Origin: Caulobacteraceae bacterium
GTDB taxonomy: Bacteria > Pseudomonadota > Alphaproteobacteria > Caulobacterales > Caulobacteraceae
Assembly: GCA_947475875.1 (NCBI GenBank)
Contig: CANJME010000014.1
Span: forward strand, 12,992 to 76,991
Reading direction: 5' to 3'
Length of the DNA: 64,000 bases
The position numbers and the translations under genes were made by a program. The notes beneath the pieces were generated by a model. That model ran no database searches. It was not told the DNA's origin and saw only the letters and a program-made list of their open reading frames with translations. Within the stretch, counting starts at the first letter, position 1. The number at the start of each line of letters is the position of its first letter. Positions 60,714-64,000 of this stretch are shown in pieces.

Positions 60714-62372
60714 CTAGTTGCCCTCGTCGAGCAGGCGTCTCGCAATCACCTGGGCCTGGATCTCGCCGGCGCCTTCAAAGATGTTGAGGATGCGCGCGTC
60801 GGCCAGAACCCGGCTGATGCGGTATTCCATGGCGAACCCGTTGCCACCGTGGATCTGCAGGGCGTTGTCGGCCGCCGCCCAGGCGACCCGGGCGCCGAGC
60901 AGCTTGGCCATGCCGGCCTCAAGGTCGCAGCGTTTGTCCTCGTCTTTCTGGCGGGCGGCATAGTAGGTCAGCTGGCGCACCCCCATGATCTCGGCCGCCA
61001 TCATGGCCAGCTTGTTGTGCACCCGTGGGAAGTGGAAAATCGCCTGGCCGAACTGCTGGCGGTCGAGCGCGTAGTTCAGGCCCGTCTCCATGGCGCACTG
61101 CGCCACCCCGATAGCCCGCGCCGCCGTCTGGATGCGGGCGCTCTCGAACGTCGCCATCAGCTGCTTGAAGCCCTGCCCCTCGACGCCGCCGAGCAGGTTT
61201 TCCTTGGGAACCTTGAAGCCATCGAAGCCCAGTTCGTATTCCTTCATCCCGCGATATCCGATGACGCCGATCTCGCCGCCGCTCATGCCCGGAGTCGGGA
61301 AATCGTTGCCCGGCTCCATGTGCTGCTTGGGTGCCAGCAGCATGGAAAGGCCGCGATAGTCGGTGGTCGCCGGGTCGGTCCTGACCAGCAGGGTCATCAT
61401 GTCGGCGCGGGCCGCATGGGTGATCCAGGTCTTGTTCCCGGTCACCGAATAGTTGTCGCCTTCAAGCGTGGCCCGCGTGCGCAGGGCGCCGAGGTCAGAG
61501 CCGGTGTTGGGTTCGGTGAACACCGCCGTCGGCAGGATTTCGGCCGCAGCGATCTTCGGCAGCCACTCGTCCTTCTGGGCCTGGGTGCCGCCGGTGAGGA
61601 TCAGCTCGGCGGCGATCTCCGAGCGGGTGCCCAGAGAGCCGACGCCGATATAGCCCCGGCTCAGCTCCTCGGAGACCACGCACATGGCGGTCTTGCCCAT
61701 GCCGGCGCCGCCGTATTCCTCGGGGATGGTCAGGCCGAAGACGCCCAGCTGGCCCAGTTCCCTGACCAGTTCAATGGGGATCAGTTCATCCTTCAGGTGC
61801 CAGTCGTGAGCGAAGGGAACGACTTTCTCTTCGGCCAGGCTGTGGAACTGGTCGCGGATCATCTCGAAGGTTTCATCAAGGCCGGTCTGTTCCAGCGTTG
61901 GCTTGCCCCGCGCCTCGGCCATCAGATCGGCGATGCGGGCCTTGACCGCCTGGGTGGCGCCCGCGTGCAGCGGCGCGACCCCGGCCCAGAGCTTGGCGAC
62001 ATGGTCTTCGGAAAGGCCGAAGTCATAGGGCCGGATGGTCTCGCCCTGGTTCATCGCTATGCCGCAGACCACCTGCGCGGAATATTCGCCGAGCAGGAGC
62101 TGGGCGAGCAGGGCTTCGGTCTCGCCAAATTTGCCCTCGGCCTCCAGTGCGTCGGCCCAGGACGAAACCTGGGTGAAGAGTTCGGCATAGGTCGCATACC
62201 AGCCATAGCCATGGACGACGTGCTGCTCGGCGTCAGCCAGCTTGCGATCGATGCGCCCATCCTTGGAGACCTTGGCCTTCACCGGCGCCTTGGCCTCGGC
62301 CACAAACCCCTGCACGGCGGTGGCGGCGGCGCGCATCAGGTCGCGCAGGTTCGGGAGAATAAGGTCGGACAT
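60714..62372 (-). CDS. Acyl-CoA dehydrogenase family protein (long form with N-terminal extension)
   Basis: ACAD N, middle and C-terminal domains (TEPNTGSD, ITGNKTWIT, IHGGNGF). Confidence 0.9.
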   Translation of the reverse strand: MSDLILPNLRDLMRAAATAVQGFVAEAKAPVKAKVSKDGRIDRKLADAEQHVVHGYGWYATYAELFTQVSSWADALEAEGKFGETEALLAQLLLGEYSAQVVCGIAMNQGETIRPYDFGLSEDHVAKLWAGVAPLHAGATQAVKARIADLMAEARGKPTLEQTGLDETFEMIRDQFHSLAEEKVVPFAHDWHLKDELIPIELVRELGQLGVFGLTIPEEYGGAGMGKTAMCVVSEELSRGYIGVGSLGTRSEIAAELILTGGTQAQKDEWLPKIAAAEILPTAVFTEPNTGSDLGALRTRATLEGDNYSVTGNKTWITHAARADMMTLLVRTDPATTDYRGLSMLLAPKQHMEPGNDFPTPGMSGGEIGVIGYRGMKEYELGFDGFKVPKENLLGGVEGQGFKQLMATFESARIQTAARAIGVAQCAMETGLNYALDRQQFGQAIFHFPRVHNKLAMMAAEIMGVRQLTYYAARQKDEDKRCDLEAGMAKLLGARVAWAAADNALQIHGGNGFAMEYRISRVLADARILNIFEGAGEIQAQVIARRLLDEGN

Positions 62373-62461
62373 CTATAAAGGCCCCTTGGCGTTGGTCAGC
62401 GGCCTTATAGGCGATTTTGCAGGTGCGAAAAGGCCGCGCGCGCGCCTTCCGTCTGGATGTC

Positions 62462-63418
62462 CTATTTCCGCCGCGGTTTGCCCGCGGAAGGGCCAGGCCG
62501 TGGCTTAACTTTCGGCTTGGCCCAGCCGGCCTTGTAGACCTTGGGCGGCGCCTTTTCGGGCTTGCGCTCTTCCCGGGCCTTGGTCGCCCGCCGCTCACCG
62601 CGCGGACCTGAGGTGGCGAGAGACAGCTTGCCCACCGCATTGCCGGTCGGCAGCTTGGCCGGCGAAATCCAGGCCGCCAGCTGTTCACGGATGACGCGCG
62701 GACCCACCTCTTCAGCCGCGCCCCGTTCCAGTTCGCCCAGCAGGAAGGGGCCATAGGACAGGCGGATCAGCCGGTTCACGGTCAAACCCAGATGCTCCAG
62801 CACGCGGCGGACTTCGCGATTCTTGCCCTCGGTGAGGGCGAGCGTGATCCAGAGGTTTGCGCCCATCGGGCCTTCCTTGGCCTTGTCGAGACTGGCCTCG
62901 ATCGAGCCGTAGTTCACCCCCTCAACCGTGATCCCGGCCTTCAATGCATCGAGCTTGTCCTGAGTTACGCGCCCCCGCGCCCGGGCCCGGTAGCGGCGGA
63001 TGATGCCGCTCGCCGGCAGTTCCAGCGCCCGGGCCAGCTCCCCGTCGTTGGTCAGCAAGAGAAGGCCCTCGGTGTTGAAGTCCAGCCGTCCGACCGAGAT
63101 CACTCGCGGCAGCCCCTTGGGCAGGTGTTCGAATACCGTCGGCCGGCCCTTGGGATCGTTGTGGCTGGTCAACAGCCCGGCCGGCTTGTGATAGCGCCAG
63201 ACCCGGACCGGCTCGGCGTCTTCGGCGACCTTGCCGTCGATGGTCAGGATATCGCCCGGCCCGACCTTGACCGCCGGCGTCGTCAGCACCACCCCGTTCA
63301 GCGCGACCCGGCCAAGGCCGATCATCCGCTCGATTTCGCGCCGCGAGGCGACGCCGGCCCGGGCGAGCGCCTTGGCGACGCGCGTTTCTTCTGGGTTGGA
63401 ATTGTCGTCCGCAGTCAT
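62462..63418 (-). CDS. rluB: RsuA/RluB family rRNA pseudouridine synthase with basic C-terminal tail
   Basis: S4 domain RVAKALARAGVASRREIE. Catalytic GRLDFNTEGLLLLTNDG. Lys/Arg/Pro-rich tail. Confidence 0.85.
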   Translation of the reverse strand: MTADDNSNPEETRVAKALARAGVASRREIERMIGLGRVALNGVVLTTPAVKVGPGDILTIDGKVAEDAEPVRVWRYHKPAGLLTSHNDPKGRPTVFEHLPKGLPRVISVGRLDFNTEGLLLLTNDGELARALELPASGIIRRYRARARGRVTQDKLDALKAGITVEGVNYGSIEASLDKAKEGPMGANLWITLALTEGKNREVRRVLEHLGLTVNRLIRLSYGPFLLGELERGAAEEVGPRVIREQLAAWISPAKLPTGNAVGKLSLATSGPRGERRATKAREERKPEKAPPKVYKAGWAKPKVKPRPGPSAGKPRRK

Positions 63419-63515
63419 CTAACTGCTCCTTTAAACAGGCCATGCCGTCTCCCGACGGTGGGTTCAATTCACACAGGGCGAGGGGACGGCGCAAGTCTTG
63501 GACAATCAGGCGCTC

Positions 63516-63974
63516 ATGAAACTGGCGATGGACCAGGCCCGCGCCGCCGTGAAAGTCGGCGAGGCGCCCATCGGCGCAGTGATCTTCGATCCGGCCAGCG
63601 GCGAGGTGATCGCGAGCGCTCACAACCGGCCGATTTCCCTAAACGACCCCACCGGCCACGCAGAAATCCTGGCCCTGCGCGCGGCGGGCGAAAAGCTCGG
63701 CAACTACCGGCTGACCGGCCTGACGCTCGTCGTCACGCTCGAGCCCTGCGCCATGTGCGCCGGCGCCATCAGCCATGCGCGAATTGGCCGGCTGGTGTTC
63801 GGCGCCCCCGACCCCAAGGGCGGGGCGGTGGTCTCCGGTTCGCGCTTTTTCGACCAGCCTACCTGCCACTCGCGGCCGCAGGTCACCGGCGGCGTTATGG
63901 CCAATGAGGCGAGCGCCCTGCTAAAGGGGTTTTTCAGAGACCGGCGAAGCCGTCCGGCCGACGAGGGGAGATAG
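63516..63974 (+). CDS. tadA: tRNA adenosine(34) deaminase
   Basis: HAEILALR and PCAMCAGA zinc-binding motifs. ATG at 63516 is preferred over TTG at 63498. Confidence 0.9.
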   Translation: MKLAMDQARAAVKVGEAPIGAVIFDPASGEVIASAHNRPISLNDPTGHAEILALRAAGEKLGNYRLTGLTLVVTLEPCAMCAGAISHARIGRLVFGAPDPKGGAVVSGSRFFDQPTCHSRPQVTGGVMANEASALLKGFFRDRRSRPADEGR

Positions 63975-64000
63975 GGCATGAAAACGATCATCGGGGCGTG

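Noticed and set aside
60849-62378. 509-aa plus-strand ORF
   Set aside because: It lies antisense to the acyl-CoA dehydrogenase gene, which carries clear ACAD motifs.

Overview
64 kb of high-GC (roughly 65-70% by eye) alphaproteobacterial chromosome. Gene content and order look Caulobacterales-like, which is inference only. The window is almost entirely core housekeeping. Main clusters: hisS-hisZ-hisG; yidD-thrS; cysS/folE; hisI; rpoH; purA; serA-serC. One long co-directional minus-strand array runs ruvCAB-orf-ybgC-tolQRA-tolB-pal-cpoB-tilS-ftsH-folP-thiD. Further on lie yebC, ohr, the zapA/6S-RNA/5-FCL locus, tkt, and tadA/rluB. I found no rRNA, tRNA, CRISPR array, transposase, integrase or prophage genes. 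I cannot point to a convincing novel multi-gene system. The items most worth a second look are: (1) a ~51% GC two-TM gene wedged with overlapping start and stop codons between ruvB and ybgC; (2) an encapsulated-ferritin (EncFtn) homologue with no targeting peptide and no encapsulin shell gene; (3) a family of secreted Cys-rich alpha/beta-hydrolase paralogues, two intact tandem copies and one decayed copy, flanking a TetR gene; (4) a response regulator whose phospho-acceptor Asp is replaced by Glu; (5) a secreted protein built from LTxxE/Q-type helical repeats; (6) palindromic REP/MITE-like intergenic elements and a candidate 6S RNA. Many long ORFs in the six-frame track are stop-free antisense artefacts of high GC and were rejected. 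Start codons were adjusted where an ATG with a Shine-Dalgarno-like purine run or a 4-nt ATGA overlap is visible. All homology calls rest on motif recall, not on database searches.
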